DNA from: Candidatus Multivoradales bacterium
GTDB lineage: Bacteria > Acidobacteriota > Thermoanaerobaculia > Multivoradales > JAHEKO01
NCBI GenBank assembly: GCA_965223855.1
Contig: CBDCXM010000009.1
Span: 2,496,001 to 2,560,000, forward strand
Length of the DNA stretch: 64,000 nt
Direction of reading: 5' to 3'
Below the pieces are notes generated by a model. It was not told where the DNA came from. It searched no databases and saw only the letters and a program-made list of their open reading frames with translations. Shown here piece by piece: positions 56,048 to 64,000 of this stretch (the stretch's first letter is position 1; the number at the start of each line of letters is the position of its first letter). The position numbers were made by a program, and so were the translations under genes.

Positions 56048-56742
56048 CGCACGCACGCCCCGGATCGCCACGGCTGCGTGTCCGGAGGGGGCGGAGCCTG
56101 CCCGGGAGCTCTGGTGAGCCGGAGCGAGCTCTCGATCGTGTCGAGCAACCTGGGGGTGTGGCCGGATCCGCGCCAGCACGTTCTGCGACGGGTCGTTTCG
56201 AGCACCTGGTGCGCTGCAGTGCCGCTCGCCCGGTAGGGGCTCGAGACGAGCAGCACGCCGGAGTGCTTCTGTGCTGCACGCGCGAGACGCATCCACGATC
56301 CCTCCGGCCCGCGCCCCCCGGGGACGGGAGGCAGGCCGAGATCGAGCACGACGAAGGAGAACCCGGTGTCGAGCAGCAGCTCGGTCGAGATCAGCGCTTC
56401 CTTGACATGCTGCGGCCGGACCCACAGCAGACGGGAGAGCTCGATGCCGGCTCTTTGCGCCGTGCGCGGCTCGAAACCGCTGCCGAGATCGACGAGTCCG
56501 GCGATCTCTCCACGGCCGGTGAACGCGGCGAGCGCCTGGAGCGCGATCGAGAAGCGCCCTCCGGAACGGTGGCCGACGATTTCGACCAGGCTGCCGGGCG
56601 TGAACCCTCCCTCCAGCAGGCGATCGACCGCCGGGATCCGGCTCGAGAGCCGGCGGGACGGGCGGCGATCGCGGTCCCGCAGACTGCGGGCGGTGAACAG
56701 CCCGGGGTGGAGGTCGCGGAGTTGGGTTGCCGGATGCGTCAT
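56044..56742 (-). CDS. imuA: ImuA/RecA-like mutagenesis cassette protein
   Basis: 'IPAVDRLLEGGF.PGSLVEIVG', degenerate Walker A 'GHRSGGRFS', 'GIELSRLLWVRP', 'VVLDL'; directly upstream of imuB. Confidence 0.85.
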   Translation of the reverse strand: MTHPATQLRDLHPGLFTARSLRDRDRRPSRRLSSRIPAVDRLLEGGFTPGSLVEIVGHRSGGRFSIALQALAAFTGRGEIAGLVDLGSGFEPRTAQRAGIELSRLLWVRPQHVKEALISTELLLDTGFSFVVLDLGLPPVPGGRGPEGSWMRLARAAQKHSGVLLVSSPYRASGTAAHQVLETTRRRTCWRGSGHTPRLLDTIESSLRLTRAPGQAPPPPDTQPWRSGACVR

Positions 56743-56780
56743 CAGCCCGAAGATGCCTCTCTCGTGATTCGAAGAGCGAG

Positions 56781-56809
56781 AGCGTAAATCAGGCGTAAAT
56801 CAAAGTCAA
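56781..56809 (-). promoter_or_regulatory. imuA-imuB promoter overlapped by direct-repeat operator ATTTACGC-N3-ATTTACGC
   Basis: Minus strand TTGACT-17 nt-TACGCT; plus strand GCGTAAAT at 56782-56789 and 56793-56800. Confidence 0.78.
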
Positions 56810-56840
56810 AAAACAGGCGGCTCGCGAAGGAGCCGCCCGT
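56808..56840 (-). terminator. Rho-independent terminator of the Met-rich lipoprotein gene
   Basis: Minus strand GGCGGCTC-CTTCGC-GAGCCGCC-TGTTTTTT just after the stop at 56847. Confidence 0.85.
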
Positions 56841-56846
56841 CGGGAA

Positions 56847-57233
56847 TCAGTGGACGTCTTCTCCGTCTCCGTCTCCGTCTCCGTCGTCCTCGTCCATGGC
56901 GTCCTTCATCTCGTCGACCATCTCTTCACCGGCGTCCATGGCGTCGTCGGCCATCTCTTCGGCCTTGTCCATGGCGTCGCCCATCGCATCGCCGGCATCG
57001 TCCATCGCTTCATCGATGGCTTCGCCGGCATCGTCCATCGCCTCGCCGATCGCTTCACCGGCGTCGTCCATCGCCTCGCCGGCGTCGTCCATCGCGTCGC
57101 TGACGGTGTCGGCGGCGTCCTCGGCCATCTCGCCCATCGAGTTTCCGGCCTCTTCGGCCTTCTGGCAACCGACGGCGACCACGAGCATCAACACGGCGAC
57201 GAGCGCCATCCACGGACTGCGAATCTTCGTCAT
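56847..57233 (-). CDS. Acidic, Met-rich lipoprotein with 11-residue repeats
   Basis: GGGAGG RBS; lipobox 'AVGC'; repeats such as EAMDDAGEAIG / EAMDDAGEAID / EAMDDAGDAMG. Confidence 0.85.
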   Translation of the reverse strand: MTKIRSPWMALVAVLMLVVAVGCQKAEEAGNSMGEMAEDAADTVSDAMDDAGEAMDDAGEAIGEAMDDAGEAIDEAMDDAGDAMGDAMDKAEEMADDAMDAGEEMVDEMKDAMDEDDGDGDGDGEDVH

Positions 57234-57483
57234 AACTGTCCCTCCCTTGGATGTTCTTGGGCAGTTCTCTCAGCCCAACCGAAGGCTCAGTATACCAAGC
57301 TCACTGCTGCCGGAAGGCCTTCCGGGCCTTTTTGGCTTTGTGCTACTCTTCCGCCGTTCAAACGCCGCGCAGTCAGTCTCCGGATCGAACGTCCCGGGGA
57401 TCGGTCCGTGCGGTGGATTCGGAGGGGCGCCGGTTGATGGAATCGCAGGACCGGCTTGATCATCGGGCGAAAGGAGCTGTCCC

Positions 57484-58245
57484 ATGAAGCGCTGGATTTC
57501 GACGTTTGTCTTGGCGGGGGTCTTGATGGTGAGCGCGGCTGCGGTGGCGCAGGCGCAGGTCGAGATCACTCTCAACGGTGAAACCACGTCCGTTGCCGAC
57601 GGCACGACGCTGGCGGATCTCGTCGGCCGTCTCGGTCGCGACGGAGGCGATGTCGATGTGACCCACAACGGCAGTGAGGTCCGGACTCGCGATCTCGACG
57701 ACATCACGGTCGCGGCCGGAGACCGGGTTTCCATCGTCGAAGACGACAACGACCGCAAGTTCGGCTTCGGCATCGGCGTCGGTCTCGTGAACCTCGACGA
57801 GGAGTTCGTCGACGACGACGTCGAGCAGTACGTGACCGCACATCTCAGGATCGCCTTCGGCGACAGCGCGGCGCATCGCGGCGGCGGACGGCGCGGCCTG
57901 CGTGGCTACCTCGAGCCCGAGATCGGCATCTGGGATGGCGATACACGCAGCGACACGATGTTCGGCATCAACGTCATCGGCTCGATCCCGTTCAACGCCG
58001 TCGACTTCTTCGTCGGTGCAGGAGCCGGGATCCACCAGCTCGAGCAGGATGCCACTACCGACAACGCCGGCAACGTGATCCCCGCTTCCGACGAGGACGC
58101 TTTCGGTGTGAACGCCCAGTTCGGCGTCGATGTCCATCTCAACGAGTCGGTGACCGTCTTTGGCACCGGCCGTTTCGACATCATCGACGACTCGTCGGAC
58201 TCGCTCGAGGCGAAGGTCTACCTCGGCCTGCGGTTCCTGTTCTAG
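57484..58245 (+). CDS. Outer-membrane beta-barrel protein with an N-terminal ThiS-like (beta-grasp) domain
   Basis: AAGGAG RBS; signal peptide ending AQA; 'EITLNGE...TLADLV...NG.EV...AGDRVSIV'; then amphipathic strands ending 'YLGLRFLF'. Confidence 0.8.
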   Translation: MKRWISTFVLAGVLMVSAAAVAQAQVEITLNGETTSVADGTTLADLVGRLGRDGGDVDVTHNGSEVRTRDLDDITVAAGDRVSIVEDDNDRKFGFGIGVGLVNLDEEFVDDDVEQYVTAHLRIAFGDSAAHRGGGRRGLRGYLEPEIGIWDGDTRSDTMFGINVIGSIPFNAVDFFVGAGAGIHQLEQDATTDNAGNVIPASDEDAFGVNAQFGVDVHLNESVTVFGTGRFDIIDDSSDSLEAKVYLGLRFLF

Positions 58246-58307
58246 AGATCACGACGCGCAAGGCCGGGCCCCCGGGGACATCGGTGGCGCGCTGGCAAGG
58301 AGTCTGC

Positions 58308-58337
58308 CAGGCGGCCCTCCGGGCCGCCTGTTTCGTT
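58308..58337 (+). terminator. Rho-independent terminator between convergent OMP gene and gcvP
   Basis: CAGGCGGCCC-TCC-GGGCCGCCTG-TTTCGTT, perfect 10-bp stem. Confidence 0.8.
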
Positions 58338-58353
58338 CTGTTGCGAGGTCGGA

Positions 58354-61248
58354 TCAGGGCACTTCGACCAGCGGCTCGCTCTCGGCGCCTTCTGCGTAGG
58401 CCTCGACCGAATCGCAGGTGCAGATCAGGTTGCGATCGCCGAAGGCGTTGTCGATGCGGGCGACAGGGGGCCAGTACTTGCGCTCTCGCAGCCACGGGAG
58501 AGGGAAGCCCGCCTGACGTCGCGAGTAGGAATGGGTCCAGTCGTCGGAGGCGAGCTCACTCCCGGTGTGCGGTGCGTTCACGAGGACGTTGTCGTCGCGT
58601 GAGGCGCGACCTTCCTCGATCTCCCGGATCTCCTCGCGAATCGCGATCATGGCGTCGCAGAAGCGGTCCAGCTCTTCTCTGCTCTCGCTCTCGGTCGGCT
58701 CGATCATCATCGTCCCGGCGACCGGCCACGACATCGTCGGGGCGTGGAACCCGTAGTCGATCAGCCGCTTGGCCACATCTTCGACGCTCACCCCGGCGCT
58801 CTCCTTGAACGCTCTCAGATCGACGATGAACTCGTGCGCCACGAGGCCGTCGGCGCCGGTGTAGAGGATCGGGTAGTGCGGAGCGAGTCTCTTCGCCATG
58901 TAGTTGGCGTTGAGGATCGCGAGCTGGCTCGCGCGGGTGAGCCCGTCGGGGCCCATCATCGCGATGTACATCCACGGGATGGGTAGGATGCCGGGGCTCC
59001 CCCAGGGGGCTGCCGAGACCGGTCCGATCGCCGTCTCCGGGTTGGCGAGCATCGGATGGCCCGGAAGGAACGGGGCGAGCCTCTCGTTGACACAGATCGG
59101 CCCCATCCCGGGGCCGCCGCCGCCGTGGGGGATGCAGAAGGTCTTGTGGAGGTTGAGGTGGCACACGTCCGCCCCGTAGTCACCCGGCCGGCACAGCCCC
59201 ACCTGGGCGTTCATGTTCGCCCCGTCGAGATAGACGAGGCCGCCGTGCCGGTGCACGATCTCGCACACCTGCCGAATGGTCGCCTCGAAGATGCCGTGCG
59301 TCGACGGGTAGGTGATCATGAGCGCGCCGAGACTGCCGGCGTGCTCTTCGGCTTTGCGCTCGAGGTCTGCAACGTCGATGTTGCCCTGCTCGTCGCTCGC
59401 GACGGCGACGACGCGGAACCCGGCCATGACGGCGCTCGCGGGATTGGTGCCGTGCGCCGAGGTCGGGATCAGGCAGACGTCACGTTCCGCGTCGCCGGCG
59501 TCGAGATGGGCGGCTCGGATCGTCAGCAGCCCGGCGTACTCACCCTGAGAGCCGGCGTTAGGCTGCAGGGAGACGGCGGCGAAGCCGGTGATCTCGGCGA
59601 GCCAGCTCTCGAGGTCGTCGAAGAGTCTGGCGTAGCCGCGGGTGAGTTCCTGCGGAGCGAACGGATGCAGGTCGGCGAACTCGGGCCACGAGATCGGCAG
59701 CATCTCGGCCGCCGCGTTGAGTTTCATGGTGCACGACCCGAGCGGAATCATCGAGTGGGTCAGCGATACGTCGCGCTGCTGGAGCCGCATCAGGTAGCGC
59801 AGCATCTCGTGCTCGGAGTGGTACCGGTGGAAGACCTCGTGTTCGAGGAAGGGGGTGCTGCGGCCGAGCGCCTGCGGTAGCGCTTCGCTCACCGAGTCGA
59901 TCGTGTCCGACAGCGCGGCCGACGATTCGGCTTGCGGAGCCACGGCATCGAGGAGGCGCTCGAGCTCCGCGGCATCGGTTCGTTCGTCGAGGGCGATGCC
60001 GAGGGTCCTATCGCCGAAATCCCGCAGGTGGAAGCCGGCCTTGCGCGCCGCATCCCGAAAGGCCGCGGCATCGGACGGCCGTACTCTGAGGGTGTCGAAG
60101 AACGCTTCGTTCAGCACCTCGCAGCCGCGCCGCCGCAGCTCCGCAGCGAGCGCTGCGGCCGCCCGGTGGATGCGCTTCGCGATCGCGATCAGCCCTGCGG
60201 GCCCGTGATAGGCGGCGTAGAGACCGGCCAGGATCGCCAGCAGGACCTGCGCCGTGCAGATGTTGCTGGTCGCCTTCTCGCGACGGATGTGCTGCTCGCG
60301 CGTCTGTCTCGCCAGCCGCAGTGCAGGCCGTCCGTGACCGTCCTTCGAGATGCCGACGATGCGGCCCGGCAACAGCCGTTCGAGACGCTGACTGGTGGCC
60401 AGGAAGGCGGCATGCGGCCCGCCGAAGCCCATCGGCACTCCGAAGCGCTGCGACGAACCGACGGCGATCTCCGCCCCGAGCTCGCCCGGCGACTCGAGCA
60501 GCGTCAGTGCCATCAGATCGGTGGCGAGGATCGTCGGAACCCCCTGCTCGGCGGCGGCACGGATCGGACCGCGAGGGTCGCGGATCGTGCCGTCGGTGGC
60601 CGGATACTGGAGCAGGAGCCCCGAGACGTCCTCGTCGAAGGCGGTGTCCCAGGGATCGACCAGCTCGAGGTCGATGCCGAGCGAGTCGGCTCGGGTGGCG
60701 ACGACCGCCAGGGTCTGCGGGTGACACGCCCGGTCGGCGAGGAACCGCGATCGCTTGCCTCTCGCCAGTCCCCGGCAGATCTGCATCGCCTCGGCCGCTG
60801 CCGTCGCCTCGTCGAGCAGCGAGGCGTTGGCGACCGGAAGCCCGGTGAGATCGGCGATCAGGGTCTGGAAATTCAGCAGCGCCTCGAGCCGCCCCTGGGA
60901 GATCTCGGCCTGATATGGCGTGTACTGGGTATACCAGCCGGGATTCTCGAAGACGTTTCGCAGCAGGACCGCCGGAGTGATCGTGCCGTAGTAGCCGAGC
61001 CCGAGCAGCGAACGTTCGACCCGGTTCTCCCCCGCGATGTCGCGCAACGTCTCGAGAACCGAGCTCTCTGTCCTCGCCGGTGGGAGATCGAGCTCTTTGG
61101 TGACGGCGATGCTCGAGGGGACGACGGCCGCGGCGAGTGCCTCGAGCGACGGCACGCCGAGCAGCTCGAGCATTCTCTCGATGTCGTCGCGACCGGAGCC
61201 GAGGTGTCGATCGACGAACCGGTCCGGGTGGGGTAGAGGTGTGGACAT
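58354..61248 (-). CDS. gcvP: Glycine dehydrogenase (decarboxylating), single-chain P protein
   Basis: '[14 protein letters not shown]', '[12 protein letters not shown]', '[10 protein letters not shown]', PLP lysine motif 'HLNLHKTF'. Confidence 0.97.
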   Translation of the reverse strand: MSTPLPHPDRFVDRHLGSGRDDIERMLELLGVPSLEALAAAVVPSSIAVTKELDLPPARTESSVLETLRDIAGENRVERSLLGLGYYGTITPAVLLRNVFENPGWYTQYTPYQAEISQGRLEALLNFQTLIADLTGLPVANASLLDEATAAAEAMQICRGLARGKRSRFLADRACHPQTLAVVATRADSLGIDLELVDPWDTAFDEDVSGLLLQYPATDGTIRDPRGPIRAAAEQGVPTILATDLMALTLLESPGELGAEIAVGSSQRFGVPMGFGGPHAAFLATSQRLERLLPGRIVGISKDGHGRPALRLARQTREQHIRREKATSNICTAQVLLAILAGLYAAYHGPAGLIAIAKRIHRAAAALAAELRRRGCEVLNEAFFDTLRVRPSDAAAFRDAARKAGFHLRDFGDRTLGIALDERTDAAELERLLDAVAPQAESSAALSDTIDSVSEALPQALGRSTPFLEHEVFHRYHSEHEMLRYLMRLQQRDVSLTHSMIPLGSCTMKLNAAAEMLPISWPEFADLHPFAPQELTRGYARLFDDLESWLAEITGFAAVSLQPNAGSQGEYAGLLTIRAAHLDAGDAERDVCLIPTSAHGTNPASAVMAGFRVVAVASDEQGNIDVADLERKAEEHAGSLGALMITYPSTHGIFEATIRQVCEIVHRHGGLVYLDGANMNAQVGLCRPGDYGADVCHLNLHKTFCIPHGGGGPGMGPICVNERLAPFLPGHPMLANPETAIGPVSAAPWGSPGILPIPWMYIAMMGPDGLTRASQLAILNANYMAKRLAPHYPILYTGADGLVAHEFIVDLRAFKESAGVSVEDVAKRLIDYGFHAPTMSWPVAGTMMIEPTESESREELDRFCDAMIAIREEIREIEEGRASRDDNVLVNAPHTGSELASDDWTHSYSRRQAGFPLPWLRERKYWPPVARIDNAFGDRNLICTCDSVEAYAEGAESEPLVEVP

Positions 61249-61466
61249 GCTGGTCTCTCCTGCTCGAGGTCGGCGGTGGATGGGTCGCTGGAAGGTGCCG
61301 TCGGCCGGCTCGCGACCGCCGGATTCTACCCGCATGAACGGGCTCGAGATCACGGCTCACCGCCGTGCTCACGAGGTGAGCTGCTTGCCGGGCTATAGTT
61401 CGAAGGACGGGTCCCGGTTGTCCGACCGCCGCGCCGGCGGATCGCTTCCAGCCCGTCGATCTCGAG

Positions 61467-62150
61467 ATGGCCGACCACGTCTATCGCCTGTTCCCGCTCA
61501 CCGGCATGCTTCTGCTGCCGGGCACCTTCCTGCCGCTCAACGTCTTCGAACCGCGCTACCGCAAGCTGGTCGAACGCGCCCTGGACGACGACCGGCGGAT
61601 CGGCATGATCCAGCCGACACGCCCGGCACCCGATCACCTCGGTCCGGGCAGCAGCGACCCGGAGAGCCCGGAACTCTACGACGTCGGCTGTCTTGGCGAG
61701 CTGGTCGAAAGCGAGCGCCAGGAGGACGGCCGCTACCTGATCGTCCTCAAGGGGCTGTCCCGATTCAGGGTCGTGAAGGAGCTCGAGCCGTCGGTCGGCG
61801 GCTATCGTCGGGTGGAAGGTGACATCGGAGGTTTCGAGCACGATGCGGACGAGTTGCAGGCCGACTTCGAGGTTGGAGAGATGCTCGCAGCGGCCGGCGA
61901 CTTCGGCCGGTCGGCCTCGCTCGACCTCGATGTCGATCTGCTCGCGTCTCTTCCTCCGGCGCAGGCGGTCAACGCGCTGGCGGCAGCCCTTCCTTTCGAG
62001 CCGGCGGAAAAGCAAGCACTGCTAGAGGCGGAGACGCCGCTCGCCCGTCGCGACCTGCTGGTCGAGTTGCTGCGCTTTGCGGTCGCACCCTCGAGCGGCA
62101 CCCCCGAGCCCCCGGAGGGCCGGCCCTACGAGCCGCCGCTCGTCAACTGA
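61467..62150 (+). CDS. Lon protease substrate-binding (N-terminal) domain protein
   Basis: 'LFPL..MLLLPG..LPLNVFEPRY', 'IGMIQP', 'DGRYLI.L.G..RF', 'EKQALLEA'. Confidence 0.9.
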   Translation: MADHVYRLFPLTGMLLLPGTFLPLNVFEPRYRKLVERALDDDRRIGMIQPTRPAPDHLGPGSSDPESPELYDVGCLGELVESERQEDGRYLIVLKGLSRFRVVKELEPSVGGYRRVEGDIGGFEHDADELQADFEVGEMLAAAGDFGRSASLDLDVDLLASLPPAQAVNALAAALPFEPAEKQALLEAETPLARRDLLVELLRFAVAPSSGTPEPPEGRPYEPPLVN

Positions 62151-63106
62151 TCGCGGTAGAGGTCGCGGACCCAGTCGAGTTCCGCCGGGGTGAGCCCGGG
62201 CTCGATCCGGGTCGCCGCTGCCGCATGCCGCGGCTGTCGCATCCCCAGCAGGGCACAAGCCGCCGGCTCGTCGGCGACCACGGCACCGACCAGAGCCGAG
62301 AGCACGGGTTCCTCCCGGTCGGCGAAGCGTCTCTCCACCTCTGCGCGGCAGTGCACCAGGTGGGCGAGGAGCTCCCGGTCCTGGAACTCGTCTCTTCGCG
62401 AGCGGTGATCGCCGTCTTCGAACTGCGGCGGCTCCGTGTGGTTGCCGAGCAGGAGACCGTGCTGCAGTGGGGAGAAGAAGCAGGCGCCGGCTCCGGCACT
62501 GCGGACCCAGGATGCCAGACCGCTCGTCTCGTAGCTGTCCGCCAGGACGCTGCGATAGACCTGAACGACGTCCGGGTCGACCTTCTCCGCGTAGTGCGCG
62601 ACCCTCCCGTTGTCCCAGTCCGAGAGGCCGATCCAGCGGATCCGCCCGGCGTCGCGGTACTCGCGGAGCAGCTCCACGGCGGGCTCGAGGTAGCGATCGC
62701 CCGGGCCGAAGTTGCAGTGATGGAGGTAGAAGAGGTCGATCCACTCGGTGTCGAGGCGCTCGAAGGAGCCCTCGACCTGGCGGCGCATCTGCGCCGGCTC
62801 ATAGCCGTGCTCGGGCCCCATCTCCCAGCCGACCTTCGAGGCGAGAACGATCCTCTCGCGTGGCACTTCGGACCACAGCGAGCCGATCAGGCGCTCGGAG
62901 TGGCCGCTACCGTAGGCGTCGGCGGTGTCCCAGTGGTCGAGCCCGTTCTCCCACGCCGCCAGCAGGGCGCCTCGCGCCGCCTCGTCGTCCTGCGAACCCC
63001 AGCCGACGGCGTGCCGGCGCACGCTCTTCGGTCCGCTATGTCCCCAGGTTCCCACCGAGACTGCGGGGACGTCGAGTCCGGTTCTGCCGAGCGTGACTCT
63101 CTTCAT
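62126..63106 (-). CDS. Aldo/keto reductase
   Basis: 'LGRTGL', 'WDTADAYGSGHSE', 'ASKVG', 'IDLFYLH'. Confidence 0.9.
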   Translation of the reverse strand: MKRVTLGRTGLDVPAVSVGTWGHSGPKSVRRHAVGWGSQDDEAARGALLAAWENGLDHWDTADAYGSGHSERLIGSLWSEVPRERIVLASKVGWEMGPEHGYEPAQMRRQVEGSFERLDTEWIDLFYLHHCNFGPGDRYLEPAVELLREYRDAGRIRWIGLSDWDNGRVAHYAEKVDPDVVQVYRSVLADSYETSGLASWVRSAGAGACFFSPLQHGLLLGNHTEPPQFEDGDHRSRRDEFQDRELLAHLVHCRAEVERRFADREEPVLSALVGAVVADEPAACALLGMRQPRHAAAATRIEPGLTPAELDWVRDLYRDQLTSGGS

Positions 63107-63254
63107 TCGCGGGAGTCTACGAGATCGGAGGGAGAGCGCAGGTTCGTGTTGCGGGTTGGGCTCGCCGACTGCGCACGTGCGCCGGCAGTGCCAGGAGGCG
63201 ACTCCCGACGAGGTCTGAGGGTGTCTCGAACCACTGGCGGCTCTCGAGGTTCGG

Positions 63255-63375
63255 CGTGAAGGGCTTCCGGGTAGGGCGGGCCTGAACTGTGGCGTTGTGG
63301 CGGGCCCGCACCTTGCGGTTGGCGGCGCGCTCGGTCGGGTTTTGTCGAGGCCGGCCCGTGCAGCCCTACCCGAGC
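63255..63375. repeat. Inverted pair of REP-like motifs (CGGGTAGGGC...GCCCTACCCG)
   Basis: Perfect 10-bp inverted repeat at 63268-63277 and 63363-63372; motif shared with 7176-7197 and 50615-50860. Confidence 0.55.
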
Positions 63376-63601
63376 CGTACTCGGAAGGCGACGGTGGATC
63401 ACAGGGTGCCCCGCCTTGGATCCTTGCGGTTGGTGGCAGCCTCAGCCGTCCGGAGCCGATCGTCAGGTGGCTCGTGGAGGAGTGGCCGCAGGGGACCCCG
63501 AAACGGGAACCGCGCTTCGGCCGCCGAAGCTCGAGGCGGCATCGACCGACTCCGGAATACATTGTGCGCCCCAGGTGGTTCTGGCAGGATCGACGGCCCG
63601 C

Positions 63602-64000
63602 ATGAGTGAATTCGGCGACTACCAGCTCGACCCTCTCGAGGAACGGGGCACGATCGACCTGGCCGAGGAGGCCGGGGGAGTCCGTCGCCGTCGTCGGTGG
63701 CCGTGGTGGTTGCTGCTGGCGCTGCTGATCGCCGCCATCGGTGGATGGGCGTACTGGAAGTATCGACCTCAGGAGACCGAGGCGAGTCCTCCTCCCGCCG
63801 TCACTCGGCCGGAGCCGGCCGAGCCCGCCGCGGAGCCGGAAGAACCGGTCGATTTGCCGGAGCTGGCGGAGAGCGACCCGTTCCTGCGGGACGTCGTCGG
63901 CCAGCTGTCGGAGCATCCGCAGCTCGCCGCGTGGCTGGTGAACGACGAGCTGGCGGGCCGACTGGTGGCGGCGGTCGTCAACATTGCCGAAGGCGAGAGT
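63602..64000 (+). CDS. DUF3014-like membrane-anchored protein (truncated by window end)
   Basis: Manual translation: 'MSEFGDYQLD...WWLLLALLIAAIGGWAYW...LPELAESDPFLR...LSEHPQLAAWLVNDELAGRLVAAVVNIAEG'. Confidence 0.7.
   Translation, partial: MSEFGDYQLDPLEERGTIDLAEEAGGVRRRRRWPWWLLLALLIAAIGGWAYWKYRPQETEASPPPAVTRPEPAEPAAEPEEPVDLPELAESDPFLRDVVGQLSEHPQLAAWLVNDELAGRLVAAVVNIAEGES

Noticed and set aside
61249-61466. Glycine riboswitch upstream of gcvP
   Set aside because: No recognisable tandem aptamer in the 218-bp divergent spacer; an Infernal scan with the Rfam glycine model would settle it.
63107-63601. Structured housekeeping RNA (6S, SRP, tmRNA, RNase P)
   Set aside because: No hallmark motifs recognised; better explained as REP-like remnants.
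254-63984. Many long antisense or alternate-frame ORFs (e.g. 47680-50469 +, 34686-37298 -, 21287-23503 -, 31781-33715 +)
   Set aside because: They shadow well-supported genes, are Arg/Gly/Pro-rich or mirror-codon products of high GC3, and show no family motifs.

Overview
High-GC (roughly 68-70% by eye) bacterial chromosomal window; gene content and style suggest an Acidobacteriota (Thermoanaerobaculia-like) genome, which is inference only. It is densely coding with about 50 genes. Main blocks: an NhaC-family transporter divergent from a TIGR04076/aldo-keto reductase/DUF885/TRAP operon; a minus-strand recA-nhaC-large OM protein-smr-aldehyde dehydrogenase run; murB-lipoprotein-moxR-DUF58-transglutaminase followed by six GT4 glycosyltransferases and a WcaJ-type priming transferase; an ATP-cone nucleoside kinase plus DUF429-like nuclease head-to-head with a TM0106-type nuclease-helicase; the yceD-rpmF-plsX-fabHDG-acpP-fabF operon; a split imuA-imuB / dnaE2 mutagenesis cassette with SRAP in between; gcvP. 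No rRNA, tRNA, CRISPR or intact transposase was seen. The most notable signals are (1) an identical 11-bp-period direct repeat, ATTTACGC-N3-ATTTACGC, overlapping the predicted promoters of both imuA and dnaE2 (candidate non-canonical SOS operator), (2) a secreted ThiS/ubiquitin-like domain fused to an outer-membrane beta-barrel, (3) the ATP-cone kinase/nuclease/helicase cluster, and (4) a dispersed REP-like intergenic repeat family. Family assignments come from motif recognition, not database searches.
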